Source: Antedon mediterranea
Lineage: Eukaryota; Animalia; Echinodermata
Assembly: GCF_964355755.1 (NCBI RefSeq)
Contig: NC_092675.1
Span: 18,820,912-18,884,911 of the forward strand
Length of the DNA: 64,000 nucleotides
Reading direction: 5' to 3'
How positions within the stretch are numbered: position 1 is the stretch's first letter; the number at the start of each line of letters is the position of its first letter. The notes beneath the pieces were generated by a model, which made no database searches, was not told where the DNA came from, and saw only the letters and a program-made list of their open reading frames with translations. This document shows, in pieces, positions 13,323 to 28,278 of this stretch. The translations under genes were made by a program, and so were the position numbers.

Positions 13323-16300
13323 TTAAGGTTCGGGAATTTCCCGCTTTTATCTGATTGATTGTTATTTATATGATTTCACTAAAATTTACAAAATGTTTTT
13401 ATCAAAGAAACTAAAAGAATCATTGTTCACATTGTCAATGTTTTTAATGAAAATGAAAAATTGTTGAGTGCACAACATTTGAACAAAACTAATATTGAAG
13501 ATATTACTATCATTTGTATGTACTTTCTCTTAATCAAGTTGAATTAAATTGTAACTGAATAATTTACAGTCGCGAATTGAATCTAATTATGAATCATAGT
13601 ACATAGAAATAGTATAGTAAATAAAAGTAAAGCTAGTACATAATAAGTGAAGCTTGTTATTTGAAAAAAATGTTTGTGGAGTACAACGCTTGTAGGTTTG
13701 TTTTCTTCAATCGAACTGTCTACATTTTGTTCATTACTTCAATGCATTCGGTCTGTTGCCTGGAGCTATCAATGTACAGTATACATTATTAAGGTGCAAC
13801 TTAGTCCTTGAATTTGATAAATAATTTGAAATAATGCAATACAACATTATCTGTTAAGTTAAACTTCAATTGGTGTACACAATTGCAACTACAGTATTTT
13901 TCACAAAGCACATTGTAAAGCTTATATAAGATATTCTATTGAGTACCTCGGAAAGAACAGACGATCTTATTTCTTTCATTATGTGTAGATAATGCGTCTA
14001 CAACTTAAATCTATATCTTCAATTAGAAACAAGATTAACACAAGATGATGATAGCCTAGAGTGGGATATGCATTCATTTTCTGTATTTATCAATAACCCA
14101 ATCCTGTATTCTGATAGATTACTTTGACATCAGTCTGCATTTGTCAACATTTATAATGGACACTATGTTTGTATAGGCCTACATTATTTCGTAAAAAAAT
14201 TCACACTTTTTTTCGGCGGAAGTGAGGGGTTATTACCACGGCTCACTCACTGCAGTATTAATCCCATTTAAACAGGAGAACAAAATCCACCAATGAAGTA
14301 TGGTAGCAAAGCTTATACAATCACGTGCGTTGTAATTATTTTGCCTTAATAACGTACAATACATTGTAAGGATTGTAACATTTAAAAATGTTATCCTTTT
14401 ATTGAGTATATTGCTATCGTTACTCATCGATATTTACAGTATAGGCCATATTGTGTTATTTATATATTTTTTTTATTAAAAATATGGATGGCCGGCAATT
14501 GAAAGGACGAAAATCCATTAACATTACTATAGAAACTATATATATATATATTGAATCGGTTATGATATATAATGAGACACATAATAAAATATACCATTAA
14601 ATGTAATATGGCTGAAATATACCTGACTAAGCTGGTATATTAAGATCATGAATAACTGCATTTCTATCGTTTTCATTTTATTGTAAATAGTTGTAAAAGG
14701 CCTAATGAAAGAAAACTGGATTGATCAAATACGCATAACAATTTTATTATCATGGATGTTAGTTATATAGAATACATAATAAACATGCAAACAAATGGAA
14801 TGTTGCAAGACGAGCGATGATGATTATGATGATGATAATGATGATGATGATTATTGTATTAGGTAAAACTGTCTCGTATTATCATAGTTATATTATGTTT
14901 CTTAGCTGTTAGTTAACTGTTGAGAACTTCAATGATTCAAAAAACGACCCGGATGTATATATCTGAAATTAATTTCAACCAAGTCGCCAATTGGGTGATG
15001 GTTCGCTAAGCTGCATATTTACAACAATCTGTTAGTATAAATTACTTTTTCATGAACTACTATTAGAAGCAATGATGATTTCATTATCTCTGTCTGTCTC
15101 GCTGTGATATTTTAGTTAACTGTCTAATTTAGCATTCGGAATTGGATGTGTTTACGACCAGTGTGACGAGACGAGGTGTATATCACTGATCAGTGAATGG
15201 TTTATGAACCATACATGTGGTGGATAACCTTATTTGAATATTATGAGGCGATGAATACATAACAGTTATAACTACTGTTCAATTGTCTCAATTAATTTAA
15301 CCAACATTATCAATTCCTGTGTTTGAATTTTTGAAAAACAAAATAAAAGCAAATGATTGATTATTACAGTTAATGTTGCAGGTACATACTTATTCCATGA
15401 TTTCATATAAAGTACGATTTTTTCATTTGTCACAGTGCAAACGCAATTGACTTCCAAGATATCAATTTGCATCTTTCTTTTGTATTATCTTCGTATACAG
15501 TTGTGCGCGTTCGCATAAGACCACCATTATTCTGAATAATGTTCTTCATTTAGTTATAATGCCTTTTGCCTAGCCATAGCGTATTGTCGACAAAACACTT
15601 ATAATATGTTGACTTTTCATATTATTTATTATTCGTACGATAAGCAAGTAGTAAAAGAGGGTTTATTCCTCGTATTTCACCCGAAAATACACGAGACTAA
15701 AGGATTTGTTAACAGAAATGTATCATTTAAGAACATATATAAAATAACCCGACTGTCCATCTTTGCGCGATTAGAGTATCTGCACTTAAGTGATTGATAA
15801 TCTTTACTCGGCATAATGATTAATACCTCCTAATGGTATCTGTAGTAAACAGGATACAGTGTTTTCAAATAATAATGTTTTATTCATAGCATCGTATAAA
15901 GAAATAAACCGGTGATAGATACATATTGACAGAATCACTAACGAAATAGATACTACGTTTAACACAGAAGCGATTTTGACGATTACACAGAGGCTTTTAA
16001 GTTCAACACCACGGTTGTAGAAAATTACGAAGGCAATAATAGTTGAATGGTTTTGATTGCTGCTGATTAATACTGTGTTTTCTATGTACACAGTTAAACA
16101 TCACGTCAACCAGAGAGTACGGGATTCAAATACTGCACCAGTAACAATAAAAAAAATAGTTGTATTACAAGAGAATGTGTCTTGCGCAGAGAAAATGTAG
16201 ATTAATGTATAATAGGATTGTCTACCTTCATTAGAATACCGTTTTAATAAATTACCAACAATGAATTGAAATATGGCAGGACTTAAGAAGGATGAGTGTA

Positions 16301-16880
16301 TCATAAAATATATTAAAACTAAGTATAGTGAATAATTTAAACTGTCAGAAAAGCAAATTAAAAGTTACACCCAATTATACTTTATTTTAGATTTGGAGAA
16401 AATGTAGGCCTATTATTTTATGATAGTCGTTTAGAATAAAAACAAAATCACCATCGAAAAATGTAGACGAACTATATTGACTAACATAGGTCCTCTACCA
16501 GAAGCTCTTTCTTCATATAACTGTCTAAGACACTAGGAAACATTATGACGTTATGTGATTATGTTCATCTACTGTATGCATCAAATGCATCGTTACAGTA
16601 TATGCTATTATATTGTATTCTGAGATATTACTTATACATTGACCTTCTCAACTTGATAAAAATAGGATAAGTGACAAAATAAAAAAACAACATAATATGT
16701 ATAATATTCTCATCTATATATGTAAAGGTGCATGTATGTCAAATCGAAAATATGTATTATTATAATATTGTGTACATTTTACAATAAACTGTTTTATGTT
16801 CCTGATCGTTAAACAATTTTAGGGTCGAAATAATAATTGTAATTGTCTCAATTTGTGTGACATTAATAATATACTTTCTA

Positions 16881-18619
16881 TCGTAATCGTAGCTATTCAT
16901 TAATCGCGCGACAGACTTATTTATTTCCAGCATGAGTATGATATAAAACCAGTCAAAGTGCGTATCATCCACGCTATAACGTAGATTACAATCAAATTAA
17001 CTTGATGAAGGGGTATAAGCTGATTGACACATAACTAGAATTGTTATTGCAATTAATTTTTCATTCATCAATAATTTCAAACAAATTAATCAGTATAATT
17101 CTAGAAAATTAATTATTATAGAGTAAAATCATACCCTCAACCTCCCTCCCCCCTCCCTCCCTACATTGAGTGTAAGTCATGATATATGTCCCTATAAATT
17201 TACTACTTTAGAACCCCTATTTTAGAAAGACGCCATCTTGAAAGTGCGTATCATCCACGCTATAACGTAGATTACAATCAAATTAACTTGATGAAGGGGT
17301 ATAAGCTGATTGACACATAACTAGAATTGTTATTGCAATTAATTTTTCATTCATCAATAATTTCAAACAAATTAATCAGTATAATTCTAGAAAATTAATT
17401 ATTATAGAGTAAAATCATACCCTCAACCTCCCTCCCCCCTCCCTCCCTACATTGAGTGTAAGTCATGATATATGTCCCTATAAATTTACTACTTTAGAAC
17501 CCCTATTTTAGAAAGACGCCATCTTTCGTTAGGCCTTCTTAAATTATTTATCTGAGATATGCTGTCAGCTTTTTCCTCAGAAGTCACACAAAGAGACACA
17601 ATTCGTTGAAGTAACGTGTGTACTAAAGCTACGAGTGAGCGAGTTTTCACTCGTAATCGTAGCTATTCATTAATCGCGCGACAGACTTATTTATTTCCAG
17701 CATGAGTATGATATAAAACCAGTCAAAGTGCGTATCATCCACGCTATAACGTAGATTACAATCAAATTAACTTGATGAAGGGGTATAAGCTGATTGACAC
17801 ATAACTAGAATTGTTATTGCAATTAATTTTTCATTCATCAATAATTTCAAACAAATTAATCAGTATAATTCTAGAAAATTAATTATTATAGAGTAAAATC
17901 ATACCCTCAACCTCCCTCCCCCCTCCCTCCCTACATTGAGTGTAAGTCATGATATATGTCCCTATAAATTTACTACTTTAGAACCCCTATTTTAGAAAGA
18001 CGCCATCTTTCGTTAGGCCTTCTTAAATTATTTATCTGAGATATGCTGTCAGCTTTTTCCTCAGAAGTCACACAAAGAGACACAATTCGTTGAAGTAACG
18101 TGTGTACTAAAGCTACGAGTGAGCGAGTTTTCACTCGTAATCGTAGCTATTCATTAATCGCGCGACAGACTTATTTATTTCCAGCATGAGTATGATATAA
18201 AACCAGTCAAAGTGCGTATCATCCACGCTATAACGTAGATTACAATCAAATTAACTTGATGAAGGGGTATAAGCTGATTGACACATAACTAGAATTGTTA
18301 TTGCAATTAATTTTTCATTCATCAATAATTTCAAACAAATTAATCAGTATAATTCTAGAAAATTAATTATTATAGAGTAAAATCATACCCTCAACCTCCC
18401 TCCCCCCTCCCTCCCTACATTGAGTGTAAGTCATGATATATGTCCCTATAAATTTACTACTTTAGAACCCCTATTTTAGAAAGACGCCATCTTTCGTTAG
18501 GCCTTCTTAAATTATTTATCTGAGATATGCTGTCAGCTTTTTCCTCAGAAGTCACACAAAGAGACACAATTCGTTGAAGTAACGTGTGTACTAAAGCTAC
18601 GAGTGAGCGAGTTTTCACT
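16881..18619. repeat. Tandem array of a 484-bp unit (two full copies and two partial copies)
   Basis: Anchor AAAGTGCGTATCATCC at 16955, 17241, 17725 and 18209 (spacings 286, 484, 484). The copies look identical by eye. Confidence 0.95.
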
Positions 18620-18899
18620 TCGAAACTGTGTGGTCGATTAAACGTTCGTACGGGCGAAACGAAAGTTCGCTAATAACAACTGGGACGATAACGATAAAAT
18701 GTCAAGTAGCACTAAGTAAGCGTAGGGATTAAGTGACCATCCGATACACGTTCGCGGCAACCCGTATTATCGTGACGGTAACACACTCTCACATGGTCCA
18801 CTGTCGGATGTTAACACAATGTTTATGTTATGTAAAATGTTTTAAATAGAAATATGTAGTTTGTGAACATTTTGAGACCAACTACTGTTTGTAGTTGCC

Positions 18900-19062
18900 A
18901 AGATATGAGCACTTTTTGTTTTTATGATGGCCATTTTGAAGATGGCCGCCATACTGGTACTATCACACCTATACACATCAAAGACACTTTGTGCCAAGTT
19001 TCATGCTTTGGTAATAAATTGCACAACTTGGCTATATTTATGGCGTTAACTGCTCTACTATA
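18900..19062. mobile_element. Probable terminal fragment of an unclassified DNA element
   Basis: GGCCATTTTGAAGATGGCCGCCAT followed by GTGCCAAGTTTCATGCTTTG...TGCACAA...CTGCTCTACTA, motifs I associate with non-autonomous element ends. No partner end was found. Confidence 0.35.
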
Positions 19063-22000
19063 GGGACGGTAAATATCATGGGATCAATGCTATACGATGA
19101 TACCTGTAGTCAATAGTATGGTAAACTCAACGAGCGATGCGTAAATGAGCGAGCGATGTGTAAACTCAACACGAGCAATGTGTACAAAACTCGTTGACAT
19201 AGTTATGTCCGTCCTGGCGTGCCATACAATAGTTTACTTGCGTCGTAGTAAAGTATTCTATAGGTTCTAGTCGGGAATTCGGTTTGCTATATATGGCGTG
19301 TCATACTTCATAAAATAAAAAGAATACTAACAAAATAAAAGGGACAACAACGATAGACTTGATGACCCTAATTATTTTTAACATACGGTAACTATCGAGA
19401 TAATTGACATTCAACACCGACAACCAATCAACACTCAAGATTTAATTTCTCGAATATTTGAAATACACGAATGTGGGAAAGATAACCGATTGAATCGACC
19501 TTTTAATTCTGTCACACAAGTCAATACAATATAACAAAAATCATCTTTGCTTTGTACAACATTCTACAAATTATTACACAAATTGAGTGTAATAGCAGGA
19601 CCGTTAAATAGAATGTTTGCCGTTGAATATAACGTGATATACGTGATAATTAAATGGAAGGATAAAACCTGGGGTATCGTCGTAATATAAAAGATGAACA
19701 ATATTATTGATGAACATCATTGTCACCCTATTCTCCTACAGTATTATATCTAGAGACAATAAACAACGCATGCAGTTTATTGTCTGCTGACACAAACCTT
19801 TCCTACACATGTGTTAGTGGTTATGCCTCCTAACCACTAACAGTCCTCTTTTTCAAATACGTTATATAGTAGCCGATAGTAGCTAATATTCGGTTGTTTG
19901 TGGGTCATTATTTAGATGATCAAGATATTTTAATTGAGTATTGAAACATGAGAAGCGGTTAATTTACAATCAATAAACACAGCTGTAATGATAATTATCT
20001 ACAAACCACTAATTATGCTTTTGGGTAAAGTTGGACAGCACTCGTGAATTAAGCCAGTAATTTAAGCATGACGGCACTATATTAATTCGTAATTAATCTA
20101 CTATTATACTTAGGCATATGTCCTTTGTATCGGTACTGTATCTAATTTTTCTCAGTATCATAGGCAAATTCAGTGATACAGCATCACATGTGAAACACAA
20201 CCCTTAACCAACGTTCCAAAATACAGACATCATCTTCAGTTAAATACATATGCTGTTTTAAGGAATATGACATGATACTGTATTTCCATAATAATGTGGA
20301 GATACAGCATTGAGAATCGGGTGATAACTAGGACGCTTTTCCTTAAGAGTCATTCAGTACACGTATATACCGTTATCATAATTGGTATACAAAGTACCTA
20401 TATAGCAAAATTACAAACAAACCGACTATTATATACCTTCAATGAAGTTATAAATGTCTATGCTTTAGACATTATGATGAAAAATGTGCATACCTGTTTA
20501 CAATTCTATTCTCTATTCAATACACCTATCCAATATAAACATGATTCAATAAGGCCATTATTGTAAATCTAAGATCATGTGCTCGCCAGACTTTTTTTTA
20601 AATATGCATTTGATTAACTTTAATTTATGAACAAGCCGTTAAGGCATATTGCATACAGCATTGACCTACATTTGGTTAGGTTTCATAAAGTCACAATATT
20701 ATTGTAATGTTAGAATTCATAAATTAAATGTGGCTTTATGTGTGACAATAGATGTAATGTTGATAAAAGATCAACATTAAAACGATATAGAAATTATTAA
20801 TACACACTAAAAAAAGCGTAGATACAATAATTTATACCATGATATGACGAGAATCACTGAACATAAATAAAAAAGCGTATTCGACTGAACTGTTTTTTTT
20901 TAGCAGATAACAAGCAGATCCTAAAAGAACAACACGTAAATCGATGCTCAAATATTATACACAGCAAATAAATTATTCAATCTATACCACGATACTCAAT
21001 ATATGACGAGAATCATCATGACAATACAAAGGCGTATTCGACTATAGAGTGTGTTTGAATACACATAACGTATACAGCTAGACTCGTTTATGCTCTATCT
21101 AGTGACAACTGCAGAATCGGATGATTAAAAGTAGGGATATGTGCCGGATTCTGCAGCTTCTTCCTTATTGTATGGGCCTAATAGTGCTAAAATTCAAATT
21201 TCAATTAAAAGTTTTAAAAATGTTGTACTGACCATACACTTGTAGCCATGGTGCATTGAAGCCTACACACAATTGACTGCGATAATAAAAGTTGCAGTGA
21301 TGATATAAACATGTAATAAAGAAAATATAAATTGAATTCATTAAGATTTTAAAGGTTTACTGCATTTGCAAACGATGGCGTCAGCAACATCAGCCCGACT
21401 GTGGGAAGCTGTTGGCGACAACAAAAAAGACGACTCGCGTACACAAATTGCGCGATATAGAGAGAATTCTCTCACATTACAAACCGATTGTATGTTATCC
21501 GCGATTTAATAAAAAATATGACCATGCATGCCTTAATTTAAGGAACTAGATGTTTACCCTATTTCAGGCGTTTTTAATCAACTCCCAAGTGGATGATGCT
21601 AAAGTAACTATATTCGAATTTTTTTTTATTAAGATTCATAAAAGTGAATACCGTATTTTAGAAAGATTCAACTGATTGAAAAATCCGACATAGCCCAGAT
21701 TTGAAGAACCGGTCATGCTTTAAGTGAATGGTTTTAATAAACCAATCTTCATGGAATTCATTTTCATTAAACATAATAAAGCTACGTTGAATATCATTGT
21801 AATGTTATGAACTATTCGGGGTATGCTACTATATTATCTGACCTGAGAACAGTTCAGTAAAGTGTTACAGGAATATTTCGAATAGCGCAAAAGCTAAAAT
21901 CTATGATCCGTCATCATTTGGTTATCACGTGCAATACTTAACTGTGGATTATCAAAAGAGAATATCATAGATAACCCGTCAAGAGTGATTGATGAGAGGT

Positions 22001-22462
22001 TTTTCTCTATCAGTTTGATATCTGCAGCTAGTGACGACTTATAAACATCAAGGAAATACGTCGATTTGTCGTCGTAATTTCAAAGAATTACTGTGTGGAG
22101 TAGGAGATTTTTACTGAACAACGGTTTCGTCTATTTGCATTAAGGGGTTTATATGTTATTAACACACTATCTGTTTAAAACTAGGTCATGAATACATAGA
22201 TAGTGGAATCATTGATTCTAAGATACATGCGAACATCTCTGATGAATAGATCAAGTGAAAATGGCGCAAATAAACTGTACCTCTAAGCGCTTAATCCAAG
22301 ATATGTAGAACACGAATGAAAAGCTAAGAAAGAAAATATTGATAATCGTGATCTGTGTAAATCGTTTGAAGACAAAATAAATTCACAGACATATTAATTC
22401 TTCTGAAATAGTAAAAGAAATGGTAATGATAACTCTAACAACGCCACCTTAAAACGCTTAAA

Positions 22463-22587
22463 AGCTTGGTTCCCACTGGACGAGCTGACCAATGACAAAG
22501 CGACAGTCGAATAAATCCATCGCTTGTGATTGGTCAAATCTCTCAAATCTCTAACGTTTGCGTTAGTTCGTCTGTGGGAACGAGGCA
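22463..22587. mobile_element. Degenerate member of the GGTTCCCACTAG MITE family
   Basis: AGCTTGGTTCCCACT ... GTGGGAACGAGGCA with internal GACCAATGACAA and CCATCGCTTGTGATTGGTCAA. Confidence 0.7.
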
Positions 22588-23289
22588 TTAAAATGTTGAA
22601 ACACGCACGATCGTAAAATAAAAACAAGTTTTTTAATAATATCAGTTTTTATACGCAAATTGCTTTTCGTCGCTGACTCACTGCAGAAACCAAATGTCAG
22701 TAGCCGGCCAAACTTTCGAATGAAATGAATAAAAGAATGCCTTTAATTTCTGTTCTGACCAATCCACTGATCACTGTAGTAAGACATACGTAGAACGACT
22801 CAGCAGAAAATAATGAGACGCCGATATCACTACTTAACAATTGAAAATCGTTTGGTACAAATGTATTATACATTATTTGTATTTCTGGAGCCGCCAGTCG
22901 TCGCCCAGACCTGTATCGCTTGTTGCCATCCGGTCTTTAACACCAGGTCAATCCACCTGCTCACTTAACAATAAGTTTTAAACGTAAGAAACAATGAATA
23001 TTTGATTTAATTTAATTCAATATTTACCAAGTTGATCAAAAGCTTAAGTGTTTCGCTTAAATTTGCAATGATGTTTAAAACCACTGTGTGTGCTTTTATG
23101 AACTTACATTACAAATAATTAATAATAGTTTACTGTATATCAATGATTTACTAGATCCGTCGTATTTCAAATTGTGATATGAAAATATATCAATATATTC
23201 CATTTTATCTTGAACGTAGACATTTCTGTTATTTTTCAGACCACCCAATTCTCAATGCTGTATTTGCACATGATGTTATTTCGATGATA

Positions 23290-23324
<35 letters not shown>
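23290..23324. repeat. (GAT)n microsatellite
   Basis: Directly visible. It gives the poly-D and poly-H ORFs. Confidence 0.95.
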
Positions 23325-23325
<1 letters not shown>

Positions 23326-24304
23326 AACGCTGATAAGATGATGTGTATAATGATTTTCTTATTGAATTACATATGTGTGTTGCAGATTTATTATATGACG
23401 AGTATATAATGATATGCTTGCAATGCGTGAAAAGTAATTCATCATTTGCATCAACCCACGAAATAATGACTACATAATGAAAATAATAATGTGGTTTAGA
23501 ATCCTTAGCAACAACAGTATAAGGCCTTTGTCGTAGTAAAATACAATTGAATATCATTCATAAAGTGTTCAATATTTCTGAAAAATTTTCACATGCCAAT
23601 CATCTAGTGTAGGCTATATTATATTTTCTTTTTGTCGTGTACACATAATTAAACATTATATATAAGTATATATCTATAAATATCATTGCTCTGTTTTCTA
23701 AGACTCAAGCTATAGTCACAACAGGGAGCTGTTAGGACAACTCCCTGATTACATCTTGTTGGGTTGCTAACATTTTACACCATTCACCTACCCCTAATAG
23801 GCCTACCACGTACCACAGATTGTTAACGTAGGAGGAACGGAGGAAAAAATACATTGTATACCCGCGTGTTGGATTTTTAGTCCATCATCAATATCAATTA
23901 ATAACTAAAAATTAAAACACCTTCCTACGTATTTTGGTTGTCAAGCTGCTTCAGTTATATAGTACCGAGAATCGGCTGATTTTCCTATAATTGTCTGCTT
24001 GTATACATTTAATGTATGTGTTTTGGTAATGTTTTCTGATCTTTAAGATCACTTTGTTTCATTTAATGGGAAATCACTATAGACATTATTGATATAAATT
24101 TGTGTGACATTTCATGTATCCATTGATCGCCGTATCTAAAGATTAGCTACTTATAGATTAATCCGGTATTTTAGCATTTCGAATCAATTCCTTCTAATGC
24201 TATCTTACTAAAAGGAAAATTTGAATTGTTTTCAGCAATATAACTTTTTAACGTAGTTTTTTTTTCGTTTCAATGCCGAGTTTATGTATTGCGCTTCACC
24301 GCGA

Positions 24305-24655
24305 TAAATAGAATATTAACAGACACGTTAAAAGTATTATTATCGATTATCGGTCCTGTATCTGTTCTCCTCTATAAATAAAGGCATCTGTAATATAGTG
24401 TCCCATATGTATCATATGTTACGCCTGTGTCATTGGCAGTCTTCAACTGCCCTCCAGTGACATAAATAGAATATTAACAGACAAGTTAAAAAGGTGTCAA
24501 TCGATTATCGGTCCTCTATCATTTCTCCTGTATAAATAAAGGCAAATTCTGTAATACAGAGTCACATATGTATCATATGTTACGCCTGTATAAATATTGG
24601 AAAATTCTGTAATACAGTGTTACATATGTATCATATGTTACGCCTGTATCATAGG
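24305..24655. repeat. Local degenerate duplication (~157-bp spacing) plus an extra sub-repeat
   Basis: ATAAATAGAATATTAACAGACA occurs twice, and CATATGTATCATATGTTACGCCTGT occurs three times. Confidence 0.85.
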
Positions 24656-26768
24656 CAATAAGCCTAAAAATAATACACACTGATACTGGACAACTTAATG
24701 TAATTCGTTAACAGTATATAGGGACCTCGGTCAATAATGCAGTACCGAGAATTGTGGAATCAAACTTGTGTACGCGTGCCTGAATGCACATTCTAACAAG
24801 ATAGTCATGTTGAGTGAACTATTTTAGTTAATCATGTAATTTTATCTATATGGATATATTTGTGATATGGAAGCATTTCAATAATGTCGTTTGAATACTG
24901 ATACTGATGTGGTGTTTGTGACTGTAATGACACTTGGGCCCTAAACAGACGATGACTTACTGATAATTAATAATACACTTGGCAGTATGTGCATGCAGAT
25001 TTGTCCCAAGAATATCGTATGTTATGTGTTTAATAGATATTCTTTTGATTTTGTCCGTATATTTCCAGTGCAAACGTATACGTATGACACGCCATATGTG
25101 TCAAAATCTTTATCTTTTTATCAATTAAACCTAGTCAAGTAATAAAAACACAGTTTATCCTTTCACAATAAAAAATAATTTGAAAATGTTGAATTAACAG
25201 ATTAATTATCACCTGAAACAACAATTAATATCTTCAGTGAATATACTGTAATTTATAATTATATACTAAGTAATACATTTATTATTCATCAAGATATGTA
25301 TTAATCTGTATAATACTTTCACAATTTTTGACCTGAACCTAACAACCAAGCTGATGGTGAATGTTTTTACAACAACATTACGAATATCTTGTATTAGGCC
25401 TGTGACTTCTAGGCACACCCGCCAAATGTCATGTTCACCACGCATTTAGAACACGTGTGAAGATTGAAATCGTGGGATATAATAGTTTCCTAGAGGTGCG
25501 ACAATTGGAGGACAGGATTGTTTATATCACCATGGTGCGGCAAAATATATCACGATTTCTCTCGTGTCTTTGATTAACCTGCTGGCAACATTTTTTCTTG
25601 AGTGTATGTGATATTCCATAGCATCACGTATTCTAAAGTATGAACTAATATGCACTATAGCGATGGCCTAGGGTTGAATGTGATTTTGAAGAAAGTAATA
25701 TCTCAACAAAATCACGCATTTAACCTAATTTGCACTATTCCTTGTCATCAGTGGCCTATGTCGATTTTGGTGACGTATGCTTCTTTGTAAAAATAACAAA
25801 GACAACCAACGTTGTGTAATCTAATGATACCGGTAACTGATTCTCATAAACAGATCACCTATACCATTAGAAAATAATACTGTAATGGTGTTATTACCTT
25901 TTAATATTATATTTTACATCATAGCACATTGATGGGATTACACTAGCCGACAATAAAGTTCATGCAGTAAAAGCCGTAATGACGTAAACCCGTGTATTTT
26001 ATTTTATGTTCAAAAAGTGACAAAAGGCATTGAACATAATTCAATAAACACACTGTGAAGTATCACTAAAATAAGTTTAAAAACATTAGAAACAAGAGCA
26101 ATCAGAGAGTTGCCAACTCTTACAGAGGTAACAAGTAAAAACGCATCCAAAATCGTGATCCAAATCCTGTCAAACATAAAATGGAGTTTATGTGTGCTTA
26201 AAATAGTCTGACACGGGCTGTATTATTTTTTAATGATACAAAAATAGCTTGATTTTCCACTTTTCATAACTGATATTCCACTATATGTAATAATAATCAT
26301 TGCGGTCATGTGGAAGATCAATTGTTTATGGATTTTTTATGTATGCTGCTCACACAGCAAAAACCTCACTGACATTTTATCTTTATCCATTTCTTTTTAC
26401 AATAATTCCAATTGTTGCTCCATTCGACTCAACATTTTAATTTGTATCTTAGTTCATAATTGTACTCTTCTAAATTAAAGACACTTAATTGAACTGGTTC
26501 AAGAGTACTGTTATTTTAGAGATTATTTATAACTTTTAGGAATCAGTTTTATCATATTTATTTATCATGTTAAGAAGTCAGCGTTCACAAGATTGGTTTC
26601 TTGTAAAGAATCACTGTTTAAAAATGTTGAATATAAAAAATAGATCATAACAAAGGCACCCATTGATGATCAACTGATAACCTTCAAGTTATTGTTTAAT
26701 GTGCAACATGGAAGTGAGAAAGTGCATTGCAGTTTTTATTTCTTTCATGTTCCTTTTATATTTTTCAG

Positions 26769-27209
26769 ATGGCGACTGTGGTATACGGAACACCTTTGGC
26801 CGACACCACAAGTCTCTCTACTACTGAATCCCCTAACTGTGATACAGAAGGATACATCTGCTCCGATTGTAACGAAATTACGTACCTGATCGAAAATACC
26901 ACAACACAAATTGATTTCATGGTACATTTTTGCCGGTTCCAAAACTTTGACAAAATTGCAAAAGTTGCATTTCTGTTGTTGTCACTTTTCTTTTTTACAT
27001 CTTCTTTGATCGGAAACACGTTGGTGTTAATAATTGTGAAAAGATTCCGTGATATGAAAAATGTTACCAACTACTTGCTGGGTAACTTAGCTGTAACTGA
27101 CCTTTCGTGTACGCTTTTTGCCTCTCTTCCTGCTGTAATCATCTACTATTTTCATATTAAACAAGACGAAGGTTCTTACGTGTCAGTGGTGATTACCTAC
27201 ATACAAGCG
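26769..27209 (+). CDS. Class A GPCR (kisspeptin receptor/GPR54-like), coding exon 1
   Basis: ATG directly follows tttttcAG. TM1 carries GN (LIGNTLV), then MKNVTNYLLGNLAVTD (TM2 LAxxD). The exon ends YIQA|GTAAGT (phase 0, 441 bp). Confidence 0.9.
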
Positions 27210-27644
27210 GTAAGTTTTAATAAAATATCTTACCTGCAGTCAAAGTAAATGTTAATGATATGATATGATGTCACTAGTGATTTACAACGGTTTTTTTGTT
27301 AAATGTAACTGTAAGTATAATCATTTAAACTACAAATGGTTTATTCAAAGTTTATGATTTTATTCATTTTTAATTTCCATGTTAGAGAGATATCTTTAAT
27401 GAAATTTGAGATGTAACAATAGAAATTGTTGATTGTTTTCGGTCTCTGTTTTTATACTATTGTAATTTTTATTATAAACATTTTTGTCGTTTAAACCTAT
27501 ACCATGATACACAATTAAGTTTTTCTCCTCCTAATTTCTTACTTACCACATTTGACATTTCTCTCTTACTCGTATTTTACTAAAATTCAATTTCTTGGAA
27601 GTTCTAGGCTTGCGGTTACATTTCTTAACCATGTTTTGCTTCAG

Positions 27645-27792
27645 GTAACAACACAAGCTAGCTGCATAACATTTATTGTCTTGGCTGTTCACCGATACTT
27701 TGTCTCCAAGAACACTTTCTCAAAGAACAACCAGGTTCCCTATCGAATACAACTATCAAGTGTTCCACGAATAGTTGCAATTATATGGATAT
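27645..27792 (+). CDS. Class A GPCR, coding exon 2
   Basis: Acceptor ttttgcttcAG. Encodes VTTQASCITFIVLAVHRY (TM3; compare KISS1R VSVQATCATLTAMSVDRW) and TM4 IIW. Donor T|GTAAGT (phase 1, 148 bp). Confidence 0.9.
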
Positions 27793-28278
27793 GTAAGTGA
27801 TTTTCTTAATATTTCATCATAACTTAACATTGTTATGTTTTTTATCATGTGGACATTTTTTTTATAATATAATCTGGTCACAACTATATCATCATACTAT
27901 GTTTTCCTTTTTGCACCATTACACTGTTTCTTAAAGCTGAAACGGTTCACTCTGTCGTTCTTTTTTGATCCGCTCATACTGTCAAGAATTTGATTGTTGC
28001 ATTTTAATTGTCAGAGAAGTCACAATTTAAAAGCCTTTTTTTAAACTAAATCATATCAGAGTAATGAACCTGTGATCTGCTTGACTACCGCTAAAAAAAA
28101 TAATTATATCGATATAGCATATAAATTTAAAGATAAAAACAACGATGGAAGCGTAGACTTATCTTAACCTTTAAAAAGCTGTCATCTTCCCAATAATAAA
28201 GGCCTTAGTTAGAAACTGTCAGATTTTTTTCAAACATGATGATGAAAAAAAAATCATGAAATGTGCTTTTTTTTACAG

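Noticed and set aside
22239-22266. CTGATGA...GAAA as a second hammerhead
   Set aside because: Stems II and III cannot form. The other CTGATGA/TCATCAG hits I checked (5394, 25745, 44825, 59953, 60839) lack a correctly placed GAAA.
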